From NCBI RefSeq assembly GCF_009914755.1, contig NC_060928.1: a stretch of DNA of 64,000 bases; one strand, 5' to 3'. A program made the position numbers and the translations under genes. The notes under the pieces were generated by a model. It was given only the letters and a program-made list of their open reading frames with translations, had not been told where the DNA came from and did no database searches. This DNA comes from the human T2T-CHM13v2.0 reference genome, Homo sapiens. Shown here piece after piece: positions 43,617 through 56,950 of the stretch. Within the stretch, counting starts at the first letter, position 1; the number at the start of each line of letters is the position of its first letter.

Positions 43617-45304
43617 TGGAAGTGTTTCCTATACCTTTCACATACCTTTCAAAATGAACGTAATTAAAAACAACCAGGAAATAGGTGGGAGGGACCAAGA
43701 TGAAATACAAACACTAACCAATGACTGTAACTGTATTACATAATAAAGGATAACATAACCACACCAAAGGAGGTGGGTGAGAAAGTCACTAGCCTGAATA
43801 ACTTTGGAAACAGTATATTAACATATTCTATGGCTACAGTTAAAAAAGAACTGCACATAAATCTTATAATCTCATTGACTTTTTCTCACAGGTATGGTTA
43901 GCAATTACAAAATTACTATACGGAGGGAAATAATAGTCACGGGGGCTCCAAAACAGGGTGAGTCAGGGGGAGTGATGGTTGAAGAGTTACCTGCTGAGTA
44001 CAACATTGGGTGATGGGTACACTAGAAAACCAAACTTCAACATTATGCAACATATTCATGTAACAAACCTGCATATGTATTCCCTGAATCTATAAAAATC
44101 AAAATAAATAAAATAAAATAACTTTCTGTGTATATAAAAATTGAACAAAAAAGTGAATATATTGTAGATAACGAAAGCTGGATTTCTCATGATTGAAGAG
44201 AGAAATTAAAAATAAAGAAAGGGGAGGGGTAAAATAAACCATTATGGATTTGGATCCTAGTTCAATTTGCTGAAAAGCCCTAGTAGCAATGACACCCCAG
44301 TAGCAGTTCACCAACAAAGTTTTCAGATCTGAACTTCTAAATGCCTTCTTCCTTGGCAAAGTAGTTAATTTCAGGGGTGGGGCAGGGAAAATACAAGATG
44401 AGACTGGACCATCTTGTGATTTCAGAAAGTTAGAAAGTACAGAAAGATGAGGGCTTGTAAAAGAACACAAGCGCCAACCTAAAGGGGCTTCTAATGTTCA
44501 AACCTGGAACATTTTGAGCTCCAAGATAATTATAATGTTGGATTTTAACCTGTAATATAAAATAAATATATTTATCCATACTGACATAAATAAACAAATA
44601 AATGGCAGCACTAGGACAGCTGTCCCTTACGGTGGAATTCCAAGGAAAGAGTGAAATAAAAGTCACCATTAGGCAAAAACATCAATAATTATTGTTGCAG
44701 ACAAGATCCACTGTGGACATTAAAGTGAATCAACTAAAGTTTGAGAAGAAACAGGATCTGCATAGTCACAAAGCATGTCCTTCAAGATTTATTAACTACA
44801 AAGGGAAGATAGTAACTTCACAGTAGAGAAAACTGTCAGGCACCAACTTAACTAATGCTCAGACATATTGTTAGGATGTACTGAGGACCCAAGATTAATT
44901 CAGTGACATTCTGGCCAAAGATGTATAACCTCATTACTGATTCGCAGTCTTCAAAAATGTCAAGGTCATGAAAGACAAGAAAAGACTGAGAAACTGTTAC
45001 AGACTGGGGGACACTCAAAAGTGTGACTGACAACTGAATGGATGTGGTATCCTGGACTGGATCCTGAAATAGCAAAGAGACATGAGTGGAAAAGTCAGTG
45101 TAATTGGAATAAGGTCTAAAGTTTAGTTAATAGGATTGACACAATGTTAATTTCCTGGTTTTCATAAATGTTCCGTGGTTATTTAAGATGTTAACATTAG
45201 GAGAAGCTGGATGAGAAGTACATGAGAACTCTGTATGATTTTTGCAACTTTTCTATAACTAAAAACTTAGTTCAAATACAAAGCTTTTTAAAATGTTTTG
45301 TTAC

Positions 45305-45421
45305 CTCTTCCGTAATATTATTCCATTTTAAACTTCCAAAAAGAGGTGCTAATGCTGAAAGCTTAAATCTTTCCAACTGGTTAAGCAGGGTTGTATAAGC
45401 ATCTTTAATGTTCTGCTTATT
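45305..45421 (-). CDS. DDX60: DDX60 exon 6 (NKQNIKD...NNITEE)
   Basis: tacag|AATAAG ... GAAGAG|gtaac; 117 nt; read manually (not in ORF track). Confidence 0.93.
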
Positions 45422-46025
45422 CTGTAAAATAAAGAAAAATCAGAAAAGTTGTTATAAATAAAATATGTAATTATTTTCCAACTATAGAAAATTACATATT
45501 TTAGATATAATTATGTTACGATATATTTCTAAGGAAAAAAATATGCCAATGTAATTGTAAGTTTTAAACCCCATTGAACATCACTATTTTGTCTTTGAAA
45601 GTTAATTTTTGCCTAGGAATATAGCGTATTTTGTTTTTTAACAGCTTCATAAAAGTATAATTAACATAACATAAAATTCCTTCATTTTGTTACAATTCAA
45701 TGGCTGTTAGTAAATTTATCAACTTTGGAACCAATATCACAATCTAATTTTAGAACACTTCCAGCACCCTCCAAAACACCGTCATCCCCATTTAATGCCA
45801 TATATTTTAACAAATTTCAAACATACACATGAATGAAAGATAGCATAACCCCCCTTTCAGGTACCTATCACCCAGCAGCAGCCATTTTAAATATGCATTG
45901 TATTTTCAATTGTATTTCACATAATCCTCAAATTGACTAATAACATAACTTCTTTAAGGTGAATATTCAACAAATTAGGAAATAGATTTTAACAAAAATA
46001 AAATCCTTCATTAAAAAAATTATTC

Positions 46026-46359
<334 letters not shown>

Positions 46360-46706
46360 TTAAAACTCAGATTTAGAAATTGCTCTAACAGAGTAAAATG
46401 AGAAAATTAATAACAGTACTTCCTTCCAATATAAAAATGAATCCCAGGGCTATTCCTGCTCAGAGTAGGCAACCAGAATTGAAAATAGTTTAATAATAGT
46501 CAAGAGCCACATAACAATGTTTCTTTCAGCCACAGACCACTTATATGTTGGTGATCCCATAAGATTATAATGGAGCTGAAAAATTTCTACTGCCTAGTGA
46601 TGTCATAGTGATGTCATAACACCACAGTGCAATGCACTACTCAAGTGTTCATGAGGCTGGTGTAAACACACTTACTGTGCTGCCAGGCATATAAAAGTAC
46701 AGCATA

Positions 46707-47162
<456 letters not shown>

Positions 47163-47423
47163 TCAGGAGGCCCTTAAGGAGCTATTCCAGAAGAAGGCAT
47201 TGTTATCATAGAAGATGACAGCTCCATGTGTGTTACTGCCCCTGAAGACTTTCCAGTGGGACAAGATCTGGAGGTGGAAGACAGTTGATGTTGATGATCC
47301 TGACCCTGTGTATGCCTAGGCTAATGTGTGTGTTTGCATCTTTTTTTCTTTTAAGAAAAAAGCTTAAAAAGTACATATTTTAACAGAAAAAAAGCTGACA
47401 GAATAATGATAAAAAGAAAGAAA

Positions 47424-47716
47424 GGCCAGGCACAGTGATTCACACTTGTAATCTCAGCATTTTGGGAGGCTGAGGCAGTCAGATTGGTTGAGCCCCAGAG
47501 CTTGAGACCAGCCTGGGCAACATGGCAAAACCTTGTCTCTACAAAAAATACAAAAATTAGCTAGGCATGGTGGTGCGCACCTGTAATCCCAGCCACTCGA
47601 CAGGCTGAGGCGGCAGGATCACTTGAGCCCGAGACGTGGAAGCTGCAGTGAGCTGTGATCACATCACTGCACTCCAGCCTGAGTGACAGAGTGAAGACAC
47701 TGTCTCAAGAAAAATA
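47424..47716 (+). mobile_element. AluJ-type
   Basis: AGCCTGGGCAACATGGCAAAACC; GGATCACTTGAGCCC. Confidence 0.92.
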
Positions 47717-48984
47717 AAGAAGGAAAATATTTTTGTACAGTTGTATAATGTGTTTGTACAGCTGTCAAAAAAATTTTGAAAATTAAAATTCACAAAATAA
47801 AAAATTACAGTAAGCTAATGTTAAGGTATTAAATAAAAAAGTATTTTTAAATAAATTTAATGTAGCCAAAGTGAATACTGTATATATTAATAACATCTAC
47901 AGTGGTGTACAGTAATGTCCTAAGCCTTCACATTCACTCGTCAGTCACTCACTGACTCACCCAGGGCAACTTCTGGTCCTGCAAGCTCCATTCATGGTAA
48001 GTACCCTATACAAGTGTATCATTTTTAATCTTTTATACCATTTTCAAATGTACCTTTTCTATGTTTAGATATGCTTAGATACACAAATAATTATCATTGT
48101 GTTACAATTACCTAGAGTACTCAATACAGTAACATGCTGTATAGGTTTAGCCTAGGAACAGTAGGCTACATCAGATAGCCTAAGGGTGTCATAGGCTATA
48201 CCATCTAGCTTTGTGTCTGTACACTAACGATGTTTACACAACAGTGAAATCGTCTAATGATGCATTTCTTGGAATGTATCCATGTGATGCATGACTGTAC
48301 TAACTAAAGCAATACAAACTAGCTTATTTTATGGCAACCATGTGGATATTTCCAAATACATGAGGAGTATGACATAATTCTCAAACAGTGACAAATGTTA
48401 ATTGTCTCAAAAATGATTTTGATGAATTAAAGAATGGCCCTCATATTCACAATTCACCATCAGTAGTGAAAAATAAGCAGAAACTGGATGTATTTATAAT
48501 TTTATAAATAAATTTAGTAATTTATAAATAGCTATATTATTTAATGTACTAATTTTATTAATTTACTATATGGTACCGTATTGTCTTATTTATAATTTAT
48601 TATGTAAATAAATTTATTATAATTTCTATTATATATTATATTATTATAGCTATCATTTATTTTATACATATAGTAATTTATAAATATATCCGTATGCATA
48701 TTTACTCCCAAAATTTCAATACAATAATTGTCAAATATACTAATGTATCAAAATAATAACATCATGGAATTCGAACTCTAAGAACTTTGAAAATTCTCCT
48801 ATTGATTACTTAATAATAAGAAATAAGCTTATTTCAGTTATTTTCCTTCTTTATTGACCTTCTCCATTGTTTTCTTATTAAAGGCTACCATATTAATAGC
48901 ATTTTGTCAATATGTCTCAGCAACAGGGGCGTAATTTTTGCCTAATTCCATGCATTTCTGGCCTTCAATACCTTGAGGTCAACA

Positions 48985-49240
48985 TATTATGCAGCAGTTA
49001 AGGACACAGGGGCTTGAGTCCAACTGTGTCTTTTCAAATCCATGTTCTACTATTCATTTGGTGTGTTTGGTGAGCAGATTACTGATTCTAGTATCTATTT
49101 CATCACTGTAAAATACAGACAATACTTAACACCTACCTTATAAGATTGGTTTTAAGGTTAAATAAAAATTATTCATGAGAAATACCAAGCACAATTTTAT
49201 AACAATAAGTGTTTGATAAATGACTGCATTTGCATTATCA
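48985..49240 (+). mobile_element. MIR
   Basis: CAGTTAAG...TTCAAATCC...CTGTAAAATAC...ACCTACCTTATAAGATTG. Confidence 0.6.
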
Positions 49241-49383
49241 TTATTTACTTAATATTATTAATTGTTATACCTATCTGTTAAGCCTCTGATAATTTCCTAG
49301 AGGAGGAGGAGAAAAAACTGAGTCAAGTAACTTAGAACATTTTGAAAATTTCTAGAAGAAATTGTCTTTTGGATGTGAATTAC

Positions 49384-49725
49384 CTTCCAGGAAAAAATCT
49401 GGTGTCTGTACATGCTTGGAAGAAGGTATGCATAAAGGCAAAGAACATCAGATTCTTGCCCTGAGGAAAGTACAACGTTGACCTTCCTTGCCCAAGAATG
49501 AATGATTAAAAAGTTGAAAAGCTGTGTTTGTAGATCGTTCAGGCCTTCGTCTGCAACTATCAGGAAATATGGGTAACTCTCTTCCAAGAAACTTCCCCAC
49601 TCTTTTGATAAGCATCTCGAAAATGTTGTTCGAACATCAATGGTGGTATTCTTCTGAAGATGAAGAATTAAAGCAGTTCTCAAAGAAAGAAGTTCAGGGA
49701 AGTTGAAATACGCATACTCGGCATC
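49384..49725 (-). CDS. DDX60: DDX60 exon 5 (DAEYAYF...QIFSWK)
   Basis: cacag|GATGCC ... TGGAAG|gtaatt; 342 nt; matches ORF 49297..49683. Confidence 0.95.
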
Positions 49726-50456
49726 CTGTGGAGGAGGAGGTGAAGTACATTTTATTTCAAAATTATCATTTAATCATTTAGTTGGCTAACACATCATTAA
49801 AGGCACTGAAGGAATAAAATCCAACAGTTTTGTTCTGTCTGATGGTCGGGGAATAGACCCCTAAACTTTACTACCATCTTACAGATATTTGCTGAAAAAA
49901 ATCACAGTTTGGATTTAAATGCATGTGTCTCCTTTAAGCAGGCACTTAATACTTGGAGCTTATCATGCTTACCCTTCCCATTTTCTAATTCTTTTCCTCT
50001 CCAATCTCATTTCAGAAAGAAAAAGAACAGAAAGCAAGTGGTAGATATAAATCATCTGCATCAGAAAGCTGAGGTGAACCATTGTGTTTTAGAGGATTGC
50101 TCCAGGTTACTGCAACCCTCCTTAAGCAACTGAGATTGTCTCGGCATAACAAAATTGGGGCAACCAACTAGATTGTAAACATTAGATCGGAAGCCTAGCT
50201 CTTTACACAAAACATGGCTGGCAAGCATTCAGCCATGTTCAGAAATGTAACAATAATTGAGACTGCAAAATGACTGAAAAGACTCACACCAAAGCTCTTT
50301 ACCTTTAGGTATAGGATTAGGAAGGGTGGTAGTGGTTATGCATATCTTTATTTGAAATTGTTAAAAATTATATTAATTATATTCATAATAAAAAAGCAAA
50401 CCAAAAATAGTATTATTTTGGAAATACCTCAAACAAACCATCATAAAACATTGATT

Positions 50457-50613
50457 ATTATTGTTAGAGACTGGGTCTCACTATGTCACCCAGGCTGAAG
50501 TGCAGTGGCGTGATCATGGCTCACTGCAGTGTCAAACTCCTGGGCTCAAGTAATCCTCCCACCTCAGCCTCCCGAAGTGCTGGGATTACAGGCATGCACC
50601 ACCGTGCCCAGCC
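50457..50613 (-). mobile_element. Alu monomer (FRAM-like or arm recombinant)
   Basis: Single ~150-bp monomer. Confidence 0.85.
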
Positions 50614-51010
50614 AACAAAGCATTATTAATGACTGTCCCTAGGCTCAGATATATTTTCCTCTGGGCTCATATAAATTGCCTGCTGAGTTTTGAAAACAGA
50701 AATAGTTCTCAGAGCAGGAGAACTGGAATCCAGAGTTCAACTGGGCCGCTATTGAGGAGCTTTCTCATCCTCTCTCATGATCCTGTGTGTCCTTACAATA
50801 AAGTTCTCTTCATTCAAATAAAACATAATCTCAAGTGTGGTGATTTCTGAATACTGGGATTGTGGGTAATTTTTTCTCTTCTTTCCTTTCAATTTTCTGA
50901 ACTTTTATAGATATAATCTACTTTGTAATAAGAAAAATATATATATAATAATTTAGGAAATTTTAGTTTTAGTTCTCATATTATAAAAAAGAACTCAACT
51001 ATCATGTTAC

Positions 51011-51200
51011 CTTGAAGAAAACTATGGTGAATTGTCCTCCTTTGCTAATAAGATCCACAAGATAGCGTTCAACCAGATAGAAGAAATGGAGGTTCTGCCC
51101 AGGCTTAAATGATATCTCACAGATACATGTGATAAGTAATGAATCCCCATCAATCAAAAAAAATTCAGATTCAACAAAATCATTGAATAAACTGGAATAT
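51011..51200 (-). CDS. DDX60: DDX60 exon 4 (YSSLFNDF...TIVFFK)
   Basis: tttag|ATATTCC ... TTCAAG|gtaac; 190 nt; matches ORF 51002..51232. Confidence 0.95.
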
Positions 51201-51624
51201 CTAAAATGAAAAACAGTTAAAACAAAAATCACATATGCATTAAATCATGTTCCAAAAAGGCATCGTTCTTATTAGCTCATTATCATTATCATCAATAGCT
51301 AAATTTGCTGAGTTGTCTCATGGCAGTGTCTACACTAAGGCTTTTCAAACATATCTACATTCACAACTATCCTTCACAGGAGGAAGGCGGGATTATTCAC
51401 ATCTTAGGCTCAGAGAGCAAAGTATCCAAAGCCATGTGGCACAGCCTGATAGGACCATGAATATAGTACTTGTACCCTGCATATAAACCTAAATTATATA
51501 TATTTTATGCTTAATCAACCTCAGCCCCTTACAAGTGGATTCACTGATGGCTATTGACAAATTAAGCAAGAGGAAACTGTTTCCATTCACTGTCATATAG
51601 CTCTAAAAGTGCTGTGTTGAACAA

Positions 51625-51790
51625 TCATATATACATATATATAATAGTGTACATAGTTCTATATACTGTTATATATAATATTCTATACTATATATAGATA
51701 TATATTATATATGTATATATATTATACATAGATACACACCAATATAAATACTGATACATAGATATATACTGATAAATGTATACTATATAT
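51625..51790. repeat. (TA)-rich low-complexity tract
   Basis: Direct reading; replaces the 5' TIR of the adjacent Tigger2. Confidence 0.85.
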
Positions 51791-53922
51791 TCAATAAATA
51801 TATTAGAAAAATTTGTGAAAATTTGTGACTATTTGAAAAAACTCTCAAACCGTGCAGCCTACAAATATGAAAAAAATTTTAAGTTACCTATGTCACGAAT
51901 GCATAAAGTATATGTAGTCTATTTTAGCATTTACTGCCATAAAATATACACAGATCTATTGTAAAAGTTAAAAATTATCTAAACTTATGCACGCACTTAT
52001 AGACTACACATGGCAGCTTTCAGAGTTGAGAGAAGTGTAAACAAATGTTATGCTGCACTATTAAATCATAACTGCATAAAATTAACTCTAGTACATACTG
52101 TACTACTGTAATAACTTTGTAGCCACTTCTTGTTGTATGGTGGTAAGTTAGCAGTTCCTCTCCAGTAAACTGCTCTCCAAACACAATAAAAAGTGATCTC
52201 TCATGGTTCTTGCGTATTTTTCCATCATGTTTATTGCAATATCATAAACCCTAAATAAAACCATGGAACCCATATGAAGTGCCATTAGTGATGCCAGAAG
52301 TGTTCCCAAAAAGCAGAGAAAGTCATGACATTACAAGAAAAAGTTGAATTGCCTGATGTGTGTCATAGATTGATGCTTGCAGCTATAGTTGCCCACCACT
52401 TCCAGATAAATAAACCTAACGTAAGGACCATTGTAAAAAAATTTTTTTAAAGAAATGAGTGAAGGCATTGTTGCAGCAGTCATAAAAATCTTGCATTTTT
52501 TGTGAAAGGCTTTTTTTTTAATCTCACATTGAAAATAGAGCTTTTATGTGGGTGTGGGATTATCTAAAAAGGCAAATTTATAGACTCTAATATGATTCAA
52601 GAAAAAGCAAAGTATATGACAAAGCAAAAGGAAGACGAAATATCTAAAACTGGAAAATCTAATGCCAGCACAATATGGTTTGATAATTTTGGAAAGAAGT
52701 TTGGCTTTAAAAATGTCAAGATAACAAGAGAAGCAGTTTCAGCCAGCTAAGAGACAGAAGAAAATCATTGAGGGGAAAGAATATCTGCTTGAATAGGTTT
52801 TTAATGCAAATGAAATTATTCTGGAAAAAAAGTCACAAATAATATTTATTAGTACAAAACAAAAGTGAGCACCAGGATTTAGAGCAGGAAGGGATAAGCT
52901 AACTCTACTGTATTGTGTAAAGGCTGTTGGTTTTATCTTCAGGCCTGTCTTTATCTGTAAAGCTGCCAACTCCTGAGACTCGAAGGGAAAAGATAAACAC
53001 CAGCTGCCAGTCTCTCAGATGTACAACAAAAAGTCCTGGACAATGAGGACACATTTTCCGAATTAGTTAAATTGATACTTTGTCCCTGAAATCAGGAAGT
53101 ACCTTGCCAGTGAGGGAGACTGCTTTTCAAAGTACTTTTGATATTGGACAATGTCCCTGGCCACCTAGAACTCCATGAGTTCAACACAACGATGCTGAAG
53201 TGGTCTACTCGCCCCCAAACAAAATGTCTTTAATTCAGCCTTTAGATCAGAGTGTCATAAGAACCTTTAAGGCTCATTACACACAGTAATCTATGGAAAG
53301 AATTGTCAATGCTATGGAAGAGAACCCTGATAGACAGAACATCATGGAAGTCTGGGGGGATGGCACCATTGAAGATGTCACTATTGTTATGATCCACTCC
53401 CACTTAATAAATACATTTTTGCTTCCTTATGATTTTCTTAATTTTCTATACTAAGACCAGAGAAACAAGAGGGCAGGCAAGCCTTTGAAGGCATGTTTTG
53501 GGATTTTCTCTTCATCCCAGAATCAAATATTAGCCATTGAAGAATTTTAAGCAGGTGGCATTACGATGGGCTTTGCATTTGGAAAAGACTAGTCCAGCTA
53601 CAAGATAGACAATAGATAGGATGGGTGCAAACTTCTTGGTAGAGCAGAGAGAAAGCTATTGCAGTTAAGTTTTGGAGGAGTAAAAAGTTAAACACCATCC
53701 TTTTGTAGTTCATAAATGTGATGATTGGGTTTTCATGTGTATGTGTTGGATGTGCCCTACTCAATCCTTGTTACAAAGTTATCTCATTATCCGGCTGGCA
53801 TGAATTTAGAAAAAATATATAAAAATTAATTAACAATAATTTTTAAAAAGTTAAACATGGATTCTCAACTGCATAGTTGTTCAGTGCCCTTAGCCCCTAC
53901 ATTGTTCAATGGTCAACTGTCT
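51790..53922 (+). mobile_element. Tigger2 DNA transposon with decayed transposase and two internal insertions
   Basis: TTCAATAAATATATTAGAAAA...; DDE remnants (ILDNVPGH, PPNKMSLIQPLDQSVI); 3' TIR TTGTTCAATGGTCAACTG. Confidence 0.85.
53697..53800 (+). pseudogene. U13 (SNORD13) snoRNA processed retrocopy
   Basis: ATCCTTTTGTAGTTCAT...GTGATGATTGGGT...GATGTGCC...CCTTGTTAC...CATTATCCGGCTGG is colinear with U13 as I recall it. A-rich tail follows, with 14-bp TSD TAAAAAGTTAAACA (53681-53694 / 53844-53857). D box mutated CTGA>CTGG. Confidence 0.9.
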
Positions 53923-54002
53923 ATAAATCAGCATAAGGCCAAATAGACATACAGGGAACATGAGCTATGATTTCCCGTCTTTATTACTATAATAATACTC
54001 AC

Positions 54003-54072
54003 TCAGCTTTTGGCATTTCATTCAAAATTAACTGGGACATTTCCTGTGAAAATGTTGTAAGAACATTTCTTT
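54003..54072 (-). CDS. DDX60: DDX60 exon 3 (ERNVLTT...MPKAE)
   Basis: tttag|AAAGAAATG ... GCTGA|gtgagt; 70 nt. Confidence 0.93.
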
Positions 54073-54260
54073 CTAAATTTAAAAAAAAAGAGAGAAAGAG
54101 AATGGGTTATTTTTCAATTGGTCCTTTTTACAGGAGCTATCATTTAGTTATTATTCAAGAAAGTAAAACAGTAATGTGGTTATTTTAATTCCATTAAATC
54201 TATGTAGTTTACAGGGTAACATTGTTTTATAATCTATAAATATTTTAAGTGGAAAATTAC

Positions 54261-54264
54261 CCAT
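54261..54264 (-). CDS. DDX60: DDX60 exon 2 coding part (start codon ATG + G)
   Basis: AAGAATGG gives a strong Kozak context (A at -3, G at +4); joins exon 3 as ATG G|AA AGA AAT (MERN). Confidence 0.9.
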
Positions 54265-54370
54265 TCTTGCTGCTGCCTGTGCCTCCAACCTGAACTGGCA
54301 AGTATTAAAGGTAGCAAATACCCTTTATTTTGGTACCTCTAAGTGGCAGTTCTTAATGAAAATGGCAGTC
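54261..54370 (-). other. DDX60: DDX60 exon 2 (106 nt 5'UTR + ATGG)
   Basis: Acceptor ttttttgcag|GACTGCC; donor GAATGG|gtaatt; no upstream ATG in the exon. Confidence 0.9.
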
Positions 54371-54394
54371 CTGCAAAAAAAGAAAAGAAAATGA

Positions 54395-55620
54395 GTCTTT
54401 ATTCAACAAACATGTATTGAATGACTACTATATGTAAAGCAAAATATTAGACACAAGGAATACAAGAATGAACAAATCAACATTGCTGACAGTTCTCACA
54501 GAGCTTAAAGATAATTATTAATCAGATAATCATAGAAACAATGGAACATTGCAAAAACGACAAAGTCAAGAGGTCAGAGGAAGTTTCCCTAAAGAAATAA
54601 TGCTTGAGCTGAGTTCTAAGAAATAAACAATAATTAATTAGGCAAAAAGAGAAAAAGTAGCATTTCTGGCAGAGGAAATACCAGAATACCATGTGTAAAA
54701 GCTCAGTGGCGTGAAGGGTTGTGGGTGACATTGATTCCAGAAAGAAGCCAGTAGGGCTGGAGTGGAGACCATCAAAGAAAAGACTAGAGAGGACAAGAGA
54801 AATAGAAGGACATGCAGAGCCTTTGAAGTCATGTTATAGAATTTTCTTTTCGTCCTAGAATGAAAAGTTAGCCACTGATGGATTTTAAGCAGGTGGTATT
54901 GTGATTGGCTTTGCACTTTGAAAAGATTAGTCCAGCTACAATATAGAGAATAAACAGGATGGGAGTAAGCTTCTTAGTAGAGCAGAAAGAAAGTTACTGT
55001 GCAGGAGAGTAATGATGATAATTTGATGTAATATAGTTTGATGGTAGCTGAGATAATAAAGCTGGAGAGATGTGGACTCACTTGAAGGACATTTAGGAGA
55101 TGAGCTTGACATAATTTGGAACTGGACTGGATGTGGATGGACAAGAGAGGAAAGGGGGTTGTCAAGGATGACACAAGTTTCTAGCTCAAGTAACAGGATG
55201 GATGACTAGGCCATTCCCTGGGCTGGGAATTTTAGAACAAGGCTACGTGTCAGGAAAAGATTATGGCGGCATTTGTGAACCACCTGAATTTGACTTGCTT
55301 TCAAGATTCCCCATAAGCCATGATATGTAAGTAGTAAAATATACAAGTCTAGAGGACAAATACAAAGTCTGGACTAGATTTGAAGAGGTAAGTCATCTGA
55401 GTATTAACGGTAAATGAGGCCATTGGTGTAGATGAGCTTGCTTGGACAGGGAGAGACAGCATCATGGGAGAAGAGTACTAAAAACCCACATTTGAAGATA
55501 CTAATACTTAATATATCAAGAGAGGAGGAAGAATCCACAAAGGTAATAGAGAAGAAAATACTAAAGAGGTAGATGAAAATGCACTTGAGCATTTTGTCAT
55601 GGACACTAAATATTGAGACA
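54395..55620 (-). mobile_element. L2, with 3' end abutting the exon 2 acceptor region
   Basis: ATTCAACAAACATGTATTGAATGACTAC is the reverse of the L2 3' end; GGATTTTAAGCAGG and GTCAAGGATGAC motifs. Confidence 0.8.
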
Positions 55621-55649
55621 CTTGCCATTCAATATGTTAGGGCTATGAA

Positions 55650-55770
55650 ACAGATAGGTAGATACACACATGATTTATGGATAGATAGTAGATAGATTGA
55701 TTGATATAGATAGATATAGATGATGGATACACAGATAGATAGATAGATAGATATGATAGAGAGAGAGAGA
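55650..55770 (+). repeat. Degenerate (GATA)n/(GA)n
   Basis: Direct reading. Confidence 0.9.
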
Positions 55771-56689
55771 TTCCTATTCCATGATAGTAAGGAACATATA
55801 ATGGTGATGCACATGCTGATATTAAATATTACAATAATAATGCAAGGAAGTATATGACTGTAATGACAAATAAGTTTAAAGAAAAATGGAATTACTGTGG
55901 GCTGGGGAGTTTAGGGACCCTTAATGGAGACACGAGCGTAAGTATGGTCTCTCACTCACTCAGTTACTATCTTATTTCAAAGATTATAGAGTATCTACAC
56001 TTTACAAAACATTGTACTTGCTGAAACATATGCAAATATGCATGAAGCATGATTCTCTCCTTGTACAACCCAGTGTAAGTTGAAAGATAACTAAGTGACA
56101 CACTACATCTAATTTGCTGTGTTCTAGCAGAAATGGCACAGGAAGCCATTAGAGAATTGAGAGGGAGTTCCTAAATCAGAATGAAGGGATCAGGGTCCTG
56201 TGTTCTGAGGTTTCAAGAACAGGTTGAAAAGATGATGAAGACTTATGAAAGCATGTTGGGGAAAGTGAGAGATATAGAGAATTACTTTTCAGGTAGCAAA
56301 ATCAGCATCAGTTTAATGCATAAAGTTGTGAAACTACATGACAAGTTTGAGATCCTATGGGTTGTTCTACATGGCATAGGACAGGGTGACTCATTGGAGA
56401 TGACATTGGAAAGGTAGGTTAGAACCAGACTATAATGGGTCTTGTGCCCAGGTCAGGAGATTAGGTATTTTCAAAAAACTCTCTGTCACCCATTTCATGC
56501 AATCCTCCACCTCACTAACTGTGCATTGGCCATACTATCTTTCTTCAACTCTCCAAATTGTACCAAGCTCAAATGGAAAAAAATGGGTCAGTGAGAACTG
56601 AACAGGCAAGAGAGAATTAACCCCAAGTATATTACAGAAAACTTCAGAAAGGATAGCATCAGATTCTACAAGATGAAATAAGTTAATTT

Positions 56690-56950
56690 ACAGGTTCCCA
56701 GATGTTCACGATGCTCTTAGAGTCTCAGGAATTTTTTTATGCCACTCCTAGGACAAAATCAATAGCTAACCGTTTCATTTATTAAGTAGTTAGATACAAA
56801 CAAATTAATAACTATTTATGTCCTGACAACTTAGAAATTGTTTTAAGAAATAATATACATAGATTAAAAGGAATAATATAGTTTTTATAATGAAATATAA
56901 CTATGACTGAGACGTGAGTGCCCGTTAAACACTGTGAAACTTTCAGCAAT
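56690..56950 (+). mobile_element. Probable hAT-type DNA transposon fragment
   Basis: CAGGTTCCCA...TTTATTAAGTAGTTAG...TTTATGTCCTGACAACTTAG; family not pinned down. Confidence 0.4.
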
